From NCBI GenBank assembly GCA_024407725.1, contig JAKSVZ010000006.1, positions 12,860 to 44,859 of the forward strand: a stretch of 32,000 bases of DNA, written 5' to 3'. This DNA is from Opitutales bacterium (GTDB taxonomy: Bacteria > Verrucomicrobiota > Verrucomicrobiia > Opitutales > UBA9783). Under the pieces are notes generated by a model. It was not told the DNA's origin. It saw only the letters and a program-made list of their open reading frames with translations, and did no database searches. The position numbers were made by a program, and so were the translations under genes. Numbering within the stretch: the first letter of the stretch is position 1; each line of letters begins with the position of its first letter. Positions 31,047 to 32,000 of the stretch are shown in pieces.

Positions 31047-31996
31047 AACGTTCTTCCTACGCCCAAATAGATTTGATCGGAATGCATATTCGCCAACTTC
31101 GGAATTTCATACCCGTAGCATTTAGCACCAAACATCTGATGCAAGCCGATATGGCGATAGCCGACCTCAAATAACGTTTCAAATTTTTCTGCGCGTACAA
31201 ACAGCGTAAAGTTATAGAGTAACGAGCCGGTATGGACGTACTTACGACGTTGGATGAATTCCCCTGCATGTCCCCAATAATACTGTCCTTGTGGTATTCC
31301 ATCTTCCCACTCCAAATATTGATAGTATTCCCGAGTGGTAAATTTGGTACAGACATAAGCGCCGCCAATCCCCCCCCCGATACCAACGGATAGGTAATCA
31401 AGTAGATAGTGTTCCCAATAGATATTGAACTGAGCACCTGCAATCCGTTGGTTCTTAAGCCACATGAAAGTCATGTTACGGCTAATTTCTTCTGCTGCGA
31501 TATTCAAGGTACGGTCTCGCATTAAGATAAGATCAGGAGTCTCAACGATGTATGTATCTATCGTTGATAGCTTAGTTGTACGCTTTGAGGGGGTATAAGC
31601 ACCTAGGATTTCTACTTCCAATCCCAATGCGCCAATATCAAATACATCAATTCGTCCGCCCAACGCCACCGATAGGTTTTTATGATCCTTGTATTTGAAT
31701 TGACCAGAAGTACAGTCGGTATTTCGACTCAAAATGCTAGCACCATCAGTACCCAGATGTAGTACGGGAGGATTAAACACGTCTCCGTCTTCAAACCACG
31801 TCATTTCTCCGTTTTTTTTCTCGAACTTTCCGACATCATCGGCTTTTAACTCTCCAAACCCCGATCGTACCATGACGTACAGACCATAACAAGGGGTGTG
31901 GATTCCTAAAGCAATGCTTAGGGCTAATAATAAACTTATTCTTTTAGTCATTTCCTTATAAGTCATTTCCTTATAAGTCATTTCCTTATAAGTCAT
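31043..31996 (-). CDS. Putative beta-barrel outer-membrane protein, paralog 2, with an N-terminal (MTYKE)n repeat encoded by a 15-bp tandem repeat
   Basis: 317-aa ORF reaching the window edge. After (MTYKE)x3, the sequence MTKRISLLLALSIALGIHTPCYGLYVMVRSGFGELKAD is 37/38 identical to paralog 1, and the C-terminus is the same (...HSDQIYLGVGRTF). The signal-peptide-proximal ATG is at 31951. Further in-frame ATGs lie at 31966, 31981 and 31996, and the repeat may continue beyond 32000. Confidence 0.6.
   Translation of the reverse strand: MTYKEMTYKEMTYKEMTKRISLLLALSIALGIHTPCYGLYVMVRSGFGELKADDVGKFEKKNGEMTWFEDGDVFNPPVLHLGTDGASILSRNTDCTSGQFKYKDHKNLSVALGGRIDVFDIGALGLEVEILGAYTPSKRTTKLSTIDTYIVETPDLILMRDRTLNIAAEEISRNMTFMWLKNQRIAGAQFNIYWEHYLLDYLSVGIGGGIGGAYVCTKFTTREYYQYLEWEDGIPQGQYYWGHAGEFIQRRKYVHTGSLLYNFTLFVRAEKFETLFEVGYRHIGLHQMFGAKCYGYEIPKLANMHSDQIYLGVGRTF
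31370..31378. repeat. G9 homopolymer (C9 on the plus strand) inside the coding sequence of OMP paralog 2
   Basis: Read directly. The gene-sense sequence ATC GGG GGG GGG ATT encodes the IGGGI of GIGGGIGGAY. Paralog 1 encodes the same peptide with an interrupted sequence (ATC GGC GGC GGT ATC). Confidence 0.9.
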
Positions 31997-32000
31997 TTCC
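31948..32000 (-). repeat. 15-bp tandem repeat (at least 3.5 units visible, truncated by the window end), gene-sense unit CTTATAAGGAAATGA
   Basis: Plus-strand units TCATTTCCTTATAAG at 31948-31962, 31963-31977 and 31978-31992, plus a partial unit at 31993-32000. Every unit contains an in-frame ATG. Confidence 0.95.

Noticed and set aside
22442-31996. The inverted OMP pair considered as arms of a composite transposon or invertible mobile element
   Set aside because: No transposase, integrase or invertase lies between or beside them. Similarity between the arms is protein-level, with many synonymous differences, rather than near-identical DNA inverted repeats. No target-site duplications were seen. 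Recombination between the conserved ends remains possible and is listed as a finding.

Overview
The window reads as a chromosomal segment of a Chlamydia-like (Chlamydiota-type) obligate intracellular bacterium. That assignment is inference from gene content: a TLC-family ATP/ADP nucleotide transporter, glycogen and sugar-phosphate genes, and an nusA-infB-rbfA core. GC looks moderately AT-rich by eye; I did not compute it.

Layout:
- Positions 1-8791: a run of eight minus-strand genes. These are a partial type I R-M hsdM, xerD-like recombinase, DAACS symporter, M24 aminopeptidase, CysJ/FNR-like flavoprotein, LptD-like OMP and the nucleotide transporter.
- 8792-10048: a 1.26 kb AT-rich stretch with no convincing ORF but several strong sigma70-like promoter boxes and a diverged direct repeat.
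- 10049-11260: rpsR followed by a sua5/tsaC gene that is split by a frameshift in an A9 run.
- 11472-22303: a plus-strand housekeeping block. It contains nusA, infB, rbfA, a eukaryote-type UDP-sugar pyrophosphorylase, a phosphohexomutase, pgi, a small lipoprotein, xth, a tRNA with anticodon CAU, and a YmdB-like phosphoesterase.
- 22300-32000: the most unusual part. Two diverged paralogous beta-barrel OMP genes sit in convergent (inverted) orientation. Each is preceded by a 15-bp tandem repeat that overlaps its start codon, and each is associated with a 9-nt C/G homopolymer. They bracket glgB and a four-gene cluster.

The four-gene cluster consists of a TagF-like phosphotransferase, a 995-aa nucleotidyltransferase fused to a PEP-utilizing-type kinase, a peptidase-C26/GATase1 hydrolase, and a LicC-like nucleotidyltransferase. 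Its domain content and gene order resemble the Campylobacter jejuni Cj1418-Cj1417-Cj1416 phosphoramidate activation pathway. I consider this cluster the best candidate for an undescribed surface or glycan modification system.

No rRNA, CRISPR array, transposase or prophage genes were seen.
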